Part shown: positions 49,601 through 58,115 of the stretch, piece after piece
How positions within the stretch are numbered: position 1 is the first letter of the stretch
Layout of the letters: every line of letters starts with the position of its first letter
Virus record (IMG/VR): IMGVR_UViG_3300027747_002579
Location: 1-64,000 of that record
Length of the DNA: 64,000 nt
Origin: a virus
Direction: 5' to 3' (one strand)
The notes under the pieces: generated by a model
Databases searched by the model: none
What the model saw: the letters and a program-made list of their open reading frames with translations, nothing else
Told to the model about the DNA's origin: nothing
Made by a program: the position numbers and the translations under genes

Positions 49601-51851
49601 ATTTATGTCAAGAATCAGACATGCCTTTGTAACAGGAAAAAAAGCAATAGGTGTTGCAGCAACAACACAAACAGGTCACTCATTATTTCAAAAAGCATTT
49701 ATATATTTAAATGAACTTAATATAAAGAACTTAGACAAAGAAGATCAAGCGTTTGTTGGTGATGGTAAACTTAATTTCTTTAAAGAGAATGGTGATCCCA
49801 ACTTTAATACAGTGAAAAAAGATGGACAAATACTAACCACTTTGTCTATGATAAAAGACCAAGCTGGAAAATTCATTACAGATACTATAGGAATGTTTAT
49901 TGATGGATATGTGGATATTGCTAATGGTCCATGGATTATGGAACTTGGTGCCACACCAAATGTTGCTCCCACATTCTTGTTTCTTGTGAGAGCAGGGGTG
50001 CCTATCAAGACCATTGCATATTTTATAAACCAACCCATCATTCGTGACTATTTGAAATTGATGGAAACTGAAGGATTTTCTTGGTTGTTTGTTGATAAAC
50101 TAATTGAAGAAATAAAATCTTCAGAAAAATATATAGTTTCTAAAGATGCAAACGTCACTCCTATTTCTCAAATACCTAGCGACACAACGTTACTTGAAAC
50201 AATAGGTAAGAAAACATTATCTGCTCAAGAAAAAACAGAACAGAAATATATACTTGATGAGTTTTTAAAATATGCAAAGATGGCAGATCAATTGTTTAAT
50301 GTTACACAAGCAACAAACTTTGATACAGCAACAATTAACGATCCTATTCTTGTATTCAAGAAAATAGAACAAGTGAAGAAAGCTCAAAATTCTATAATAA
50401 GTTCTGTAGATGATGTTTTAGAAAGTTCATTCTTAGGAAACTTATTAGATACAATGAAGAAATTGAGAGATGCTTTTGGTGAGATATTAATTTCTGATAA
50501 ACAAGGATTGATGAGGAATGTAACAGAAAACATTCTTCTTCCATACATTAAAATGGATGATAGAGACTTTACACAACTTGCTCAAAAACTTGTAAGTAAT
50601 TTATTTGATTGGGCAGTGCAAGTGGGAGATGAGAAACTAAATTCAGAAATAAATAGAATTCTTCTTTCTAAAAAAGGAACAGCTTACCAAATGCAAGAAT
50701 TTGCAAATAGTGTAAAAGCTAACCCTTTACACCCTTTGCACAATAATCAAGTGATAGAATTATTATTATCAAATGTTGCAGATAAAGACAATAAGCCTAA
50801 CAATCTTAAAATTAAGGTGAAGGATAATAAAGTGTATAACCAAAACCAGATGATTTATTCTTTTGCAGAAATTAAAGAATACCTAAACAGTAATGCAGGA
50901 AGAAAAGGACTTCCTTCTTATGATGATTTTGTAAAACTATCAGTGTTACAATCAGGGACATTGAATTCTCCAATATCATTTACATCACTAATTCCTTATG
51001 ATGATTTCAAGAAATTATATGCAACAACAATTTCTAAATTACCATTCAGCAGCGATGTAAATATGTTTAAAAATCTTGATGTTTTCCAAAGAAACAATTG
51101 GAATAATTCAGAAATTGTTCCTAAAAAGAAAGCAAAATGGGTATTTAACGAGTCTTTTCAAAGTTTTAATTACATAAATGATAATTTGAGATATAACGAT
51201 TATTACAAGGACGTAGCAAACGCAATTAAAAACAATATTATTCCTGATGTTATAGCTCTTTCAACATTAACACAAGATGCTCATTTAGACATAGTTTCAT
51301 ATTCTTGGGAAAAACCATTAGTAGACCTACTCACTGAAGAAGAGTTAAAAGCCAATCCTGATGAATTTCAAAGAATAGCATTAGGAAGAAAGAAACAAAA
51401 AGAAATGAAGAGAAAAGCAGATTTTTCATACCTATCTAAAGGACTGTTCAAAAAGGTTTATCTTGCTCCCAACGAACCTTACATGCTATTGGATGAAAAA
51501 AAGGGAGACAAGGGTAACAAGTTTGTTTACAAGATGATAAATGCTTGGGGAGATTCTTTCAGAGCAAATGAATTCTATGATGTTCCAAGGATGTCTATTA
51601 TTGATAACGGTTTTGAAAAAACAAGAGAAGTGAGTGATGCTGATATTATTAGTTATTTCACAGGCAACGTTTCTACAGAAGATACAATGTTTGATGGATT
51701 AACAGACTTCTCTGATGAAAGAAAACAAGAAATATTAACTAACTTTGGCAAGAAGCACAACATGACAAAAGAGCAATCTAAGTATTATATTAATTATGCT
51801 CTTCAGATAGACACACAAAAGAAAATCAACAAATTAAAAGAATGTTACTAA
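37617..51851 (+). CDS. Giant virion-packaged DNA-dependent RNA polymerase polyprotein (4744 aa)
   Basis: Catalytic GSDFDIDK (DFDID 48594-48608) with upstream YRIPTQ as in crAss-like vRNAPs; N-terminal hydrophobic helices, coiled coils, zincin-like HEVFE. Confidence 0.9.
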   Translation: MPEQINVENQQGSNQEIINQNFPKEPVPKKTSNDVEIEKLNEMLLKNILKQGPIQKSDFPVVSTKDIPTSGRFPLYFPGRDNEEMYAQGQSVAEKARNGVIQMAGIAGTTFINGTVGLVNGVTEIFKQKGKLSAFYDNDMTRSFDEFNNSWNDKYALYKTERERSGSWWEPENLFTANFLFDNIVKNMGFMAGAAASGFTFGAAFKAMGLTAKLMSAGTKMAAAADATIAAEVASPNIAKLSSVTSKLENLWNGAKQQVGKGLMKADQGIVAFLGTTGEAGMEALGNSQEFRKNMIDEFVKTHGYSPTENDLKEINKSAESVGNWSLGLNVALLTATNYIQFPKMLGSSYKAEKGIINELGNKLFADMRFDKTLGKYVSNLPEKGFGKLLYKTGKIGSLFFNRAEAFEEGAQFAIQTGTQNYFDKKYRDHEASFLDDGLLAGAKEALTTDEGLLNIFTGGFSGALSSSGAIGLKKDEQGRLKPSLFGTGKIGERGFTGYGGEEGKLREEKIAALNKSLLKDNLTKAYSSVKAAEIIQKQREEAIRRGDILESKDLEFDYAHTFIEPRLKYGASGTIFSEIKELKQQAQEDFAALKEKGTAAETDTQESFIARLDNLKAHAEHAIKVYDSVNLKYKGLVDKDGKRVYSDEVLEKLVYAGSKIFDYNRRVPQLAGKLLSKGITTAQASLDEYVKDNPSTEAVEKTLAEIEDAKNEKNLTEDDKKDLRRDFQDLQELSLRRKQFLNEYKDIVEAPKKYEVEKKKKEETIVDDAGNTVPKPIPTIKVKTKKGERDIEIGTEYMLGKRIFKSSFGESEVFKYTTYPTLTVIKENADGTIKIKDANGQERDVDKDVLLNYNLAKVSTVESNIKAKFYKDRINKIYKYYGKKKTITDNNGNKLQVPVEGMLGWSDKTRTLLFTYMDGAGKIKTIEVDGKDFVASEGFAQAKMVEIGEVKPGEEYKFNTPEEKQITPTQTEEEKKQLAEVIAEESRESLLEKKVNNRITIIEKLITDAKSALKEANNKIEANKKKLEKLREQLEKDEQRFEELSNAKKPTKEARLELQRTLDAIKLASEQIPFVEKMIANLTEEEEEFDRQIEYLTSMLENVKEMPTDVKDVIQEFEDNIKDLNETRETIQQSIKTGNDILSSLKDLLTTSLKKLSDFVSKLKSENKIPVVIDEYLENLEKFYGEEGAKQFIAEKLGYTEAVLALQNQITLLEDELKIPSSKSRSENIQKNLKELEESYKKLSSEQRVKESFLMAFKNVIKEAEKRKQEEEVFKDENVIKGITDTADVSILNKTVDVENGEQDTFEPGNRKEDLQVVSSTTPTLTDLPHHKRANLFGVRFPKLKNKANIRGIIVTSKNEASLGLVPKNEKGEYDANKGLMVHLKGTSSVDPTQTIALVMVEQNEDGTFHFIDENGEKIENPSPENTIYQVFPATLDWSEQYKGQSMFRKGIDDNVKTALSTQFEAWRTKTLLSPSDTLHEIQASWGNPVYVTYKEINKEGKEVEQRDYRAKTSLEDAQLVSESEIPSADVQVVTKNDLFAKGNFSISKSLGRVILVLSNSIVKLNNRRLNKNQALTIYKVLKALSENVQKNKNLKDEKSQSMLNWLKSTIYWGSKGMSESASVSQLWFNRTEDGLYLFFGKSGKQFEFKSSSIEDNKLEIIGLLEEMYTNTNSTMLANSVAKTKIYKEIIDIDEDGNLVFREWENYKTYLISKRYQELKFNEVTKEERWVFTTDRNDIPLTTNMRPIKTDVEGDVNKQAVYFTVTDLQKDYTIPEKKAVITPIAPVTPQAAQPAPTAPSAPIVTPTPVVVVATQPIVSKENRLIVDGVTENTSPEGYIFTYNGATGGFKFNIDKTEDKIGIEGMKKLYAAMGTTVKELDELGDEEYFAKFNIYIFNKVLPLIEKEALLQQQEKEALAQEEKKKQEAEKAEQAPEAPAGSTDAKADIEAKKADAQTVKNRMQEIEKQPVSINITQDASGKMEQTSEEVISQIKSELDKIGLPYTDVVANDKGSTYFVITKDSQQHEILRLIKTGDALVKPMLTKGKWINHLIKTQPQDLYNFVDAELAALETSPIVKETAETLAARRLEELSNYYDTFGEEGDLLFQGIDTPSGIENTQEFKDAVKVIYDKYDKLLADLKETSPAEETEVTPISPSQQLTENEQQDISNELDNLDVSTDKREEARKKLKEELKRFEPENWEQLTKWLKKFFPNVPVYRVKNIITSIDGKEEVWGMFKDGAIYVYENAEIGTVYHEVFEAVWKMFSSPEEQKAIIDEFRQRKGTFIDRPTGETIKYSEATPQQIKEQLAEEFRDYILYKKIPAKPTYGKPFILKLFSDLVNFIKEFFTGNKAQINTANLFEKISTGHYNKPSLYTSALALANKGVIDIDSVFASNFSEFRLKGIRPNVVGDTLQQMTYSILYDFVQGNKSFFNISKLDKTVYEKIQKDVYNTFLVKLKTIREELKEQEKDKEKNKVKIDVLNNQFNELGSMYLKTKEQWDGMVEEHIEYLKPYNIEFEDEDKNEDKEGRGDYQDASTMDAFKKADGAIKLLLSTLVRGTLKDGKRETGESSIGGVTLLPLTEVFIKVKENVYTSRTPEEMIERIRKMALKDSNYRTLYKRLTKTEFITNTFNPQDLEKGHQLQLIQALWKVMKQQKPSVKNLYIFENGEIEVGDSNFSSQIREQRNEIEAVLQEKLRNSENQYYYYNEKSEYYVRKANYDSRNLGRTNEETLSNELNSFGISFTKEEILKIKENDSRKYNILKDAVEGLKTSISLAPELKAISSKYLDINKRLTQIAAVRVSLDNPEYSSTFFNVKGERVQTFIGENAMSSLFNTLSQIENLSELQGTNFEYLLTDAFSQNSRLLNEMFHPINNEDPNSGKKKVENYDDLLFTIGWQDGMINEQTGKNKQSSQLNYKERLIQELNLNLKGWFLNLVPGDASLEWMVFMGNFTSPESISKGDWTSVYSRFRSFLYSEIETSREDRSIVKLSKEQVEKGATQRDSKDLRFFKGILSESLHNELVNSTKSIAEIHFAYKDKIDEEVKKYIYDKAANEKATLTDYGIIGQRKEKDGKAGTYYANGLNFEDDQNVPIESIDSLILSNVINYTVANIDLHKLIYSDPYQYKDELKRTKLFNSPHQPLIGNSDGMNKAFSKFYNEGYEKGDVHWTEFESDILRSITYDDIRGVSDKGVWDEGDGGGKIIFKAYRQFRIRESNWSDDNELQYRYDVAWEKRYKNEQLPKEEQKPLSEKEQELLKNGNPGVADTYTATKPKMAGNKANGKSYNDVLLDKCALFPISFRVMMEINPTANALKLYNKMQREKIDYVIYKSGRKVGAEETNPVYTDKGDFDETPFKGVVNVPFSIISRQSETPSKESSKTKMGSQITKIGTTNFTEAGVPIDFADFNKSTKFSPERFLEWMNLTPEEKETRSPIHKELQNNKKLIDEMRNNNYKSLLKKFGIKEFGKKGEEKIYTIDDVKKTVKLLRKNLSSINNNMIDALEDFENGTTILEATNSYQQLRNVLFAIADKQVISPKITGAQLVQMSSDMLESVRAEKTTINGKTGYTSDVLKFYEDKDGQRVCEIMVRRWFDSDMSDKELMDYFNNNPEGQKQIAALAGIAYRIPTQNKNSIDVFRVAKFLPQEFRDVVIVPSELVHKVGSDFDIDKLFIYLKNIVTGRDGKPKLIEFLDDNNSTIEERYLNWIRSNANLDTRNYIKFLTKKSVQNLKSNFELVLSKIKADYKFIGKEEKEDLFQTSLETSKSNIEYEIFDQEAYLQELFDMGKKVFWRMSDETRGPFWEVRDFIRSRNIKGPDEIKRYLSLTIALLEDETTIEDDIIKLEGLEKIYSEELRVIGETNEIINRIKKEALDNFRKNKKVLSEALRVDRSAEFEESFDIYKNIKSQISLEAAEEIANIDGLYTFEDFKKLSKYEQNNIEALENAYISSLEVLTSHPLNYEKLTSPNSAKELQDLSIEIVNKLGLGAFDYTKTSNLLDRRFMSRIRHAFVTGKKAIGVAATTQTGHSLFQKAFIYLNELNIKNLDKEDQAFVGDGKLNFFKENGDPNFNTVKKDGQILTTLSMIKDQAGKFITDTIGMFIDGYVDIANGPWIMELGATPNVAPTFLFLVRAGVPIKTIAYFINQPIIRDYLKLMETEGFSWLFVDKLIEEIKSSEKYIVSKDANVTPISQIPSDTTLLETIGKKTLSAQEKTEQKYILDEFLKYAKMADQLFNVTQATNFDTATINDPILVFKKIEQVKKAQNSIISSVDDVLESSFLGNLLDTMKKLRDAFGEILISDKQGLMRNVTENILLPYIKMDDRDFTQLAQKLVSNLFDWAVQVGDEKLNSEINRILLSKKGTAYQMQEFANSVKANPLHPLHNNQVIELLLSNVADKDNKPNNLKIKVKDNKVYNQNQMIYSFAEIKEYLNSNAGRKGLPSYDDFVKLSVLQSGTLNSPISFTSLIPYDDFKKLYATTISKLPFSSDVNMFKNLDVFQRNNWNNSEIVPKKKAKWVFNESFQSFNYINDNLRYNDYYKDVANAIKNNIIPDVIALSTLTQDAHLDIVSYSWEKPLVDLLTEEELKANPDEFQRIALGRKKQKEMKRKADFSYLSKGLFKKVYLAPNEPYMLLDEKKGDKGNKFVYKMINAWGDSFRANEFYDVPRMSIIDNGFEKTREVSDADIISYFTGNVSTEDTMFDGLTDFSDERKQEILTNFGKKHNMTKEQSKYYINYALQIDTQKKINKLKECY

Positions 51852-51852
51852 T

Positions 51853-54800
51853 ATGGCATGTATAAATCCCAACACCCCAGAATTTAAAGCAGCGTTAGAA
51901 AGAAATGGTGGCAATCCATTATTAGCTGAGATGGAATTAAGTGAGAAAGAAATTAAACCAGGAGTGGAAGAATTATTCAATTCCTCTCCTGAGTTGGCTA
52001 ATATAGGAACACAAGAACAATATTCTCAATACTTAGATAGTATATTTCCTGATAGTAAAGTAAAAGAAGTTTTATATCATATGACTTCTTATGATGGAAA
52101 AAAAGGAATAGAACAAAAAGGAAGATTTTTAAAACCTGGAGAAAAAGGTTATCAGAAAAGAGATTATGCAACTACAGGAGGTATTTATTTTACAGATAAT
52201 AATAGTTATGATGAAGATACAGAAATGTATGGTTCTCCTGTTACTGGTGCATATGGTTCAGCTTATGTATCAGCTATTCTAAATATTAAAAACCCACTCA
52301 TTGATTTAACTAAAAGTTTTGGTGATATATCTAAAACAGAATTAAAAGATAATGATGGTTTTGTAGGTACAAATGAATCAAAAGAAATTGGCGTTCTTGA
52401 ACCAGAACAAATACACATATTAGGAAATAAACAAGACATAGAAGGATTTAAAGAGTTTGTTAATAAAAAAGAAACAGCTCCTCTTCTTCAATTAGAGGAA
52501 GGACCTAAAAGCTCAAAAGCTTCCACTCAAACATTAAACAAAATAAAAGAGCTTGCTAAGAAAATAGGAGTGAGCATTCAGAGTCTTTCTGAATATGCAA
52601 AAAACAATCCTGATGTTAAAACATCTTCTATAAATGGATTGGCAGACTTAGTGAAATCAATTGTAGCAATTGCTGATGGAAAAGAAGACGTTGCTCTTAC
52701 AGAAGAAATGGTGCACATTGCTACAGCAATGATAGAGCAAACCAATCCAACATTAATTACAGAAGCTATTTCTAAGATTGATAGATTCAAAATATACAAA
52801 AAAACATTAGACGCATATAAAGATAACAAGCACTATCAACTTCCTAACGGAAAACCTGACATACGCAAAATAAAGAAAGAAGCTGTAGACAAACTAATTG
52901 TGGAAGTGATAATAAACAAATCAGAAGGCTCTACAGAATTTCCAGAATTAATGCAAGAAGAAAATGTTTCATTTGTAAGAAAACTATGGAATAGAATTAT
53001 AGATAAAATATTCTCTAAAGTGAAGGGTTCAAACATAAACATATTTGAACAAATAGGAGAAACAGTGTTAGAAGGAAACATTGAAGGACTTGCAAAAGAT
53101 AAAGGTTTGACAGGCATATATTTGCAAACAGTGTCAGATAAACAAAAAGCTGTACAAGAAAGACTATTAATAGACCAAGACAGAATAACAAAAGTTGTAG
53201 AAACTGCTTCTGTAGATCCAATGTTTTTAGACTCTGAAGACGCTAGTAATTTCTACAATATGAAAAATACAAGCGGTGTAGATGAGAGAGTGGTGAAGAG
53301 AGTGACAGACAGAGTGAAGGCTTGGTATAAGAAGAAGTTTGGAACAAAGGTGTTTAGTGAAGCAGAGAAGAAGTATAACAATATGTTAAGAGACTATGGT
53401 GTCAAAGGACACAATGATTTAGAAGAAATTCATTCTAGATTTTTTCATAAAGATGGTACACAAAAAACAACAGCTTCTCCAAGACCTTCTAAATTCAATG
53501 TAGAAAGCGAAGATATTTATTTAAAGCTTGAAGAATATTACATAGATTTAATAAAGCTTTTAAAAAAACAAAACAATGGTGTTGTTCCTCTTGTCTTCTC
53601 TGAGGTGAAGGTTTATGACCCTAAAGAAAAAGAAGCAGGAACAATAGATTTTCTAGCAATAGACTCTAATGGAAAAGGACACATCCTTGATTGGAAGTTT
53701 ATGAATATTAAAGGAGATGATGTTGCTTGGTATAAAAATGGTGCATTCGATATACAATTAGGAAGATATAAACAAATGCTTCGTGATGTTTATGGAATAA
53801 AAGAATTTGGAATGATTAGAGCAATTCCTATCTCTATGGAATTCACTCTCTCCAACCCAAGAGATGTTAAATCAGATTTGAAACTAAAAGGAATTGGTAT
53901 TGGTAGTGCTGATTCTAGAAAAATAGAAGACATTAAATTAATGCCTATTTCTGAAAAAACAGAATCTACAGGATATTCTAAATTAGACAAGCTCATAAGC
54001 AATATGAATGCTTTGATGTCTAGCTATTCAAAAAAAGAAGTGACTTCTGAAGATGATAAACAGTTTAAAATTGAAACGTTAGAGATATTAAGAAAGGCTA
54101 TAAAGGTGGCACAAGCAACCAATAACTTAGTTCCAATAATTGATGTAATTGAAAAGATTAGAATAGAAGGAGAAAAGTTGTTAAATGATTACAACAGTAA
54201 ATATAAAAATCTATCTCCTACAGACACTTCTGTCTCAAGAAGTGAAATAAATGATTTTTCAGAAAGGATGAGGTTATTTTACAATGCTTCTAATATTTTT
54301 ACAGAAACAGGAAGACAATTGTCACAACTGATTTATGAAGAAGGGATGTTGGAAAAAGCTGTTTCTCCAGAAGAGAAAAAAAATGCAACAGAAAGAAAAC
54401 AATTAGCAGATACACTAAAGAAACAATCTCAGGACATTGCAAACATGAGAGATGATATTAGAGATGAGAGTATTGTGTTTGCAGATAAACAAATAGGAAT
54501 ACGAAATCTTATAACAGGACTTCCTAGTGCAGAAGCTGTATTAAAAGGACTAGGAGCTTTCTTCAGAGGAGCTTCAGACCTTCCTAATGCAGCAATTAGA
54601 GTTTTAGTAAAATTAACTTCTTCTGCCAAAGAAATTGCAGCAAAAGAGTCTTTCGATGAAGTGGAAGAGTTGATGAAAATAAGAAAGAAGATTGTTGATA
54701 GAGGTGGAGATGTTAGATCTTTTGTAAAGAAAATCTATAGAAAGAATGAAAAGAACGAAGTGGTTAATAAGTTAATTTCTAAACATTCTCCTGAGTTCTA

Positions 54801-57273
54801 TAGTGTTATAGATGAATTGGCTGCAAAAGGAGGAGATAGAGAAAAACTATTAAATAACATAGACATAGATGTATATAGAAAGAAAGCTAAAGAGATTATT
54901 GACAAACAGGTGAAAAAAATAATGGAAGAGCGTTGGAGCTATGACGATGCTAAAGACAGTAAAGAAAAACAAAAAAGAGTGGAGGCTGTAGAAAAACTTT
55001 ATGATATAGACAATCCAAATTTCTATGGATGGAACAATTGGATAGTTAAAGGTTCTCCAGCAAATAAATGGATAACAAAAGAATATTTAGAAATACAAGC
55101 TGATGAAGATTTAAAAGCGTTGTATGAATTTATTATAAAAATAAACAATAAAGCAAAAGATGCTGGATACATAAATACAGCAGCCACTTCATTTCTACCA
55201 TTTATAAGAAAGGGAATGGCTGAAGCTCTTGCTTGGGATAGTCCTTTATCAGCTATACAAAAATGGAACGATTCTCTTACGTTAAGACCAGGAGACGTAG
55301 GGTATGGAGAATACGATGAGTTTTCAGGAAAGTTAGAGAATTCAATTCCTAAATATTACACATATGATTTTACAAGAAATGACGAAGGCGTGAATAACTT
55401 TTCTGAAGTGAGTGAAGATATTTTTAAAAATATGATAGTGTATCTTCAGCAAGTGAATAAGTATAAACATCTATCAGAAGTAGAAGAACAGTTACGACTT
55501 GTACGAGAAATAGAAGAATTTAAAGGACACATTCAAACTGATAGGTTTGGGAACGTAGTGATAGAAAACGGTAAGCCTAAAGTGATAGATGTTGAGAATT
55601 CAGAAAATACAAAACTTTATGAAAACTTTCTTAAAGTTTTATTGTATGAACAAAAATATCCACTATCTGATTCAGATATTCCATTAAACGTTGGTAAAGT
55701 GTTGAATGGTGTTAAAGATGCAATAAATTCTCTTGTAGGAAAAGAAGTGTTTAAGAAAGATGAAAACCCAAAAGCTACATCATTGATGAAAGTGATGGAA
55801 GCTGCAAATAGAGGATTTCAAGTAAAAACTTTAGCTTTAGAAATTGTTCCTGGGGCAAGTAACTTTTTTGGAGGTGTTGTACAAATTCTCACACAATCAG
55901 GAGCCTATTTTAATAAAAATGAACTTAGAAAGAATTTAGGAAAATCATTAAAACAGAAGTTTGAAAGCGAAGCAGATAAAGAAATGTTTGTTCAATTAAT
56001 CAACACGTTCATGCCTTTGAAAGATAGTCCTATTTATGAGATGTATAAAAAAGCAGGAATGAGTAGTCTTACAAGAGACAATCTTGGAGACAAGTTAATG
56101 ATCACTATGAGATTTCCTGAGCAAGTGTTAGAAGAAAGTGTATTTCTATCTTTATTAGACAATGCAATGGTAGAGAATGGAGAAATTGTAAACATACAAG
56201 ATTATGTAAAAGCTAAATATCCAAATAGATCAAATTCTTCTACAGAATGGAAAGCTGCAAATGAAGCTATTAAGAAAGAAGTGGAACTATTAAAAGAAAC
56301 AAGGTCTATAACAGCAACAAAAAAACTTGTAAATGGTAAATTAGAAATACCAGGACTTGATTTAACCAATCTATTAGAAATACAAAGACTTACAACATTA
56401 ACTAAACGCACTGTATCAAATGCTTTAGGAGGAGTTTCTGGAGAAAATGTTAATTTGGCAGGAATGAATTTGTGGACAAGTAGCATGATGTTATTTCATA
56501 ATTGGATTCCTAAATTAACAGATACACGGTTTTCTGAATTTAAAAGAGTGAGTGATGATTTTAATGTAAGAATAAATGACGATGGTGTTTCTGAAGGAGA
56601 TAGATATGATGTAGGAAGAATTAGACTTCTTCTCACTGTATTAGGAACTTCTATTAGAGATAGGTCTGCAAATGTAAGTAACATTATTGCAATGAATGAC
56701 AAAGGAGTAGAAACAATAAATGAACTATTTGAAAAATATAGAAAAGAATATGAGGATAGAACAGGACAAGTGTTGAATATGACAAAAGATGATTTTGTAG
56801 ATTTAGTGAGAAAAAATCTAAGAAATCAGTTAAAAGAATTATTAACACTAGCTATTCTATTAGGAATTATGTTCTCTTTTGGATTTATTGCTCCAGACGA
56901 TGATGATGATAAAGCTTCTAAAAATGCATTCAGACTTGCACAAAAAGTTATTAATAAATTTACAGATGAGTTGAGTTTCTTCTATAACCCAATGAATTAT
57001 GAAAAATTATTCAGCGGGTCAATGTTTCCTGCATTAGGGTTGATTTCAGACTTTGAAAGATTTATAACAAACTTCATAATGGAAATTACAGGAATTGATG
57101 TATCTCATCTAGACAGTTCTTCAGAGAAGGTGAGAAAGAAAGCACAACCAATCAAATATCTTATGAAAATGTTTCCTGTATCAAAAGCTGCATTTACATG
57201 GCTTTCTGTATTAAATTCTGATTTTGCTGAAGAGTTTGATGTTACAATACAGAAAGAAAACACAATTAGATAG
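51853..57273 (+). CDS. Ejected polyvalent cargo protein: ART-like, zincin-like and PD-(D/E)xK nuclease domains
   Basis: LYHMT...IYFT...EPEQIH; TEEMVH; SEVKVY..GTIDFL..ILDWK..QLGRY; C-terminal hydrophobic helix. Confidence 0.75.
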   Translation: MACINPNTPEFKAALERNGGNPLLAEMELSEKEIKPGVEELFNSSPELANIGTQEQYSQYLDSIFPDSKVKEVLYHMTSYDGKKGIEQKGRFLKPGEKGYQKRDYATTGGIYFTDNNSYDEDTEMYGSPVTGAYGSAYVSAILNIKNPLIDLTKSFGDISKTELKDNDGFVGTNESKEIGVLEPEQIHILGNKQDIEGFKEFVNKKETAPLLQLEEGPKSSKASTQTLNKIKELAKKIGVSIQSLSEYAKNNPDVKTSSINGLADLVKSIVAIADGKEDVALTEEMVHIATAMIEQTNPTLITEAISKIDRFKIYKKTLDAYKDNKHYQLPNGKPDIRKIKKEAVDKLIVEVIINKSEGSTEFPELMQEENVSFVRKLWNRIIDKIFSKVKGSNINIFEQIGETVLEGNIEGLAKDKGLTGIYLQTVSDKQKAVQERLLIDQDRITKVVETASVDPMFLDSEDASNFYNMKNTSGVDERVVKRVTDRVKAWYKKKFGTKVFSEAEKKYNNMLRDYGVKGHNDLEEIHSRFFHKDGTQKTTASPRPSKFNVESEDIYLKLEEYYIDLIKLLKKQNNGVVPLVFSEVKVYDPKEKEAGTIDFLAIDSNGKGHILDWKFMNIKGDDVAWYKNGAFDIQLGRYKQMLRDVYGIKEFGMIRAIPISMEFTLSNPRDVKSDLKLKGIGIGSADSRKIEDIKLMPISEKTESTGYSKLDKLISNMNALMSSYSKKEVTSEDDKQFKIETLEILRKAIKVAQATNNLVPIIDVIEKIRIEGEKLLNDYNSKYKNLSPTDTSVSRSEINDFSERMRLFYNASNIFTETGRQLSQLIYEEGMLEKAVSPEEKKNATERKQLADTLKKQSQDIANMRDDIRDESIVFADKQIGIRNLITGLPSAEAVLKGLGAFFRGASDLPNAAIRVLVKLTSSAKEIAAKESFDEVEELMKIRKKIVDRGGDVRSFVKKIYRKNEKNEVVNKLISKHSPEFYSVIDELAAKGGDREKLLNNIDIDVYRKKAKEIIDKQVKKIMEERWSYDDAKDSKEKQKRVEAVEKLYDIDNPNFYGWNNWIVKGSPANKWITKEYLEIQADEDLKALYEFIIKINNKAKDAGYINTAATSFLPFIRKGMAEALAWDSPLSAIQKWNDSLTLRPGDVGYGEYDEFSGKLENSIPKYYTYDFTRNDEGVNNFSEVSEDIFKNMIVYLQQVNKYKHLSEVEEQLRLVREIEEFKGHIQTDRFGNVVIENGKPKVIDVENSENTKLYENFLKVLLYEQKYPLSDSDIPLNVGKVLNGVKDAINSLVGKEVFKKDENPKATSLMKVMEAANRGFQVKTLALEIVPGASNFFGGVVQILTQSGAYFNKNELRKNLGKSLKQKFESEADKEMFVQLINTFMPLKDSPIYEMYKKAGMSSLTRDNLGDKLMITMRFPEQVLEESVFLSLLDNAMVENGEIVNIQDYVKAKYPNRSNSSTEWKAANEAIKKEVELLKETRSITATKKLVNGKLEIPGLDLTNLLEIQRLTTLTKRTVSNALGGVSGENVNLAGMNLWTSSMMLFHNWIPKLTDTRFSEFKRVSDDFNVRINDDGVSEGDRYDVGRIRLLLTVLGTSIRDRSANVSNIIAMNDKGVETINELFEKYRKEYEDRTGQVLNMTKDDFVDLVRKNLRNQLKELLTLAILLGIMFSFGFIAPDDDDDKASKNAFRLAQKVINKFTDELSFFYNPMNYEKLFSGSMFPALGLISDFERFITNFIMEITGIDVSHLDSSSEKVRKKAQPIKYLMKMFPVSKAAFTWLSVLNSDFAEEFDVTIQKENTIR

Positions 57274-57305
57274 CCATATTATCTTGTATAGATTTTAGAC
57301 AGACA

Positions 57306-57334
57306 TTGTAATTCTCTATAAATAACTATTTTTG
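57306..57334 (+). promoter_or_regulatory. Host-type promoter TTG-N18-TATTTTTG
   Basis: TAnnTTTG at 57327-57334, ATG at 57342. Confidence 0.55.
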
Positions 57335-57341
57335 TATTCTT

Positions 57342-58103
57342 ATGAACATTAATTGTGGTAATATTGGTTGTCCAGATATAATAGATTCTTCTTGTGTATT
57401 TTATACAGGACAGAATTTATTATACATAGGTGTTAACACTAATGATACAATACAAACTTCTCTCCAGAAGATAGATGCAAAAATACAATCTGTATTAGCA
57501 AACAGCACATTACAAGGTTCAGGAACAGCGAATAGAATAGCTAAATGGGCAGCTTCCACCAACCTGACAAATTCTAACATAACAGATGATGGCACCACTG
57601 TAACAATCACTAGTGCAGCTACAATTAGTGGAGTTTCTATTTTAAATAACATTCTCACTATTAATAAAGTGCTCCCTAGTGGTTCTACAATATTTAAAAT
57701 AAATAGTGGAGCTTCTTTTTTAGGAAGTCAATTTGAATTTCAAAACTTTCTAGATGCAGGATTATTAAAAATAGGATATTTTGGCAATGCTGGTAATAGA
57801 ATAGAAATAGATGGAGGATCAAATAACACTGCTCCCACTATAAAATTCTATGAGAAAATTGGTTCTTCAGCTCCTACATTAAATACTTGGATTAATTCTA
57901 ATACACTTGGTGGATTTACATATTTCAATGCAGGAAATTTTCTGATTGGTAAAACAACAAATGGAAATTATAAATTTGATTTGAACGGAAACATACGGGT
58001 GAGTGGAATTGTAGAATATGCATCAAACGCAGCAGCTTTATCAGCAGGACTATTAGCTGGAGCTTTCTATAGAACAGGAGAATTTTTAAAAGTGGTTTAT
58101 TAA
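57342..58103 (+). CDS. Tail fibre/spike-like protein
   Basis: Shared Cys N-module; GSGTANRIAKW and GNFLIGKTT fibre repeats. Confidence 0.65.
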   Translation: MNINCGNIGCPDIIDSSCVFYTGQNLLYIGVNTNDTIQTSLQKIDAKIQSVLANSTLQGSGTANRIAKWAASTNLTNSNITDDGTTVTITSAATISGVSILNNILTINKVLPSGSTIFKINSGASFLGSQFEFQNFLDAGLLKIGYFGNAGNRIEIDGGSNNTAPTIKFYEKIGSSAPTLNTWINSNTLGGFTYFNAGNFLIGKTTNGNYKFDLNGNIRVSGIVEYASNAAALSAGLLAGAFYRTGEFLKVVY

Positions 58104-58115
58104 AAACAAAACAAA

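Noticed and set aside
38021-56702. Numerous short minus-strand ORFs within giant cargo genes
   Set aside because: Ser/Phe/Leu-rich antisense shadows of Lys/Glu-rich coding sequence
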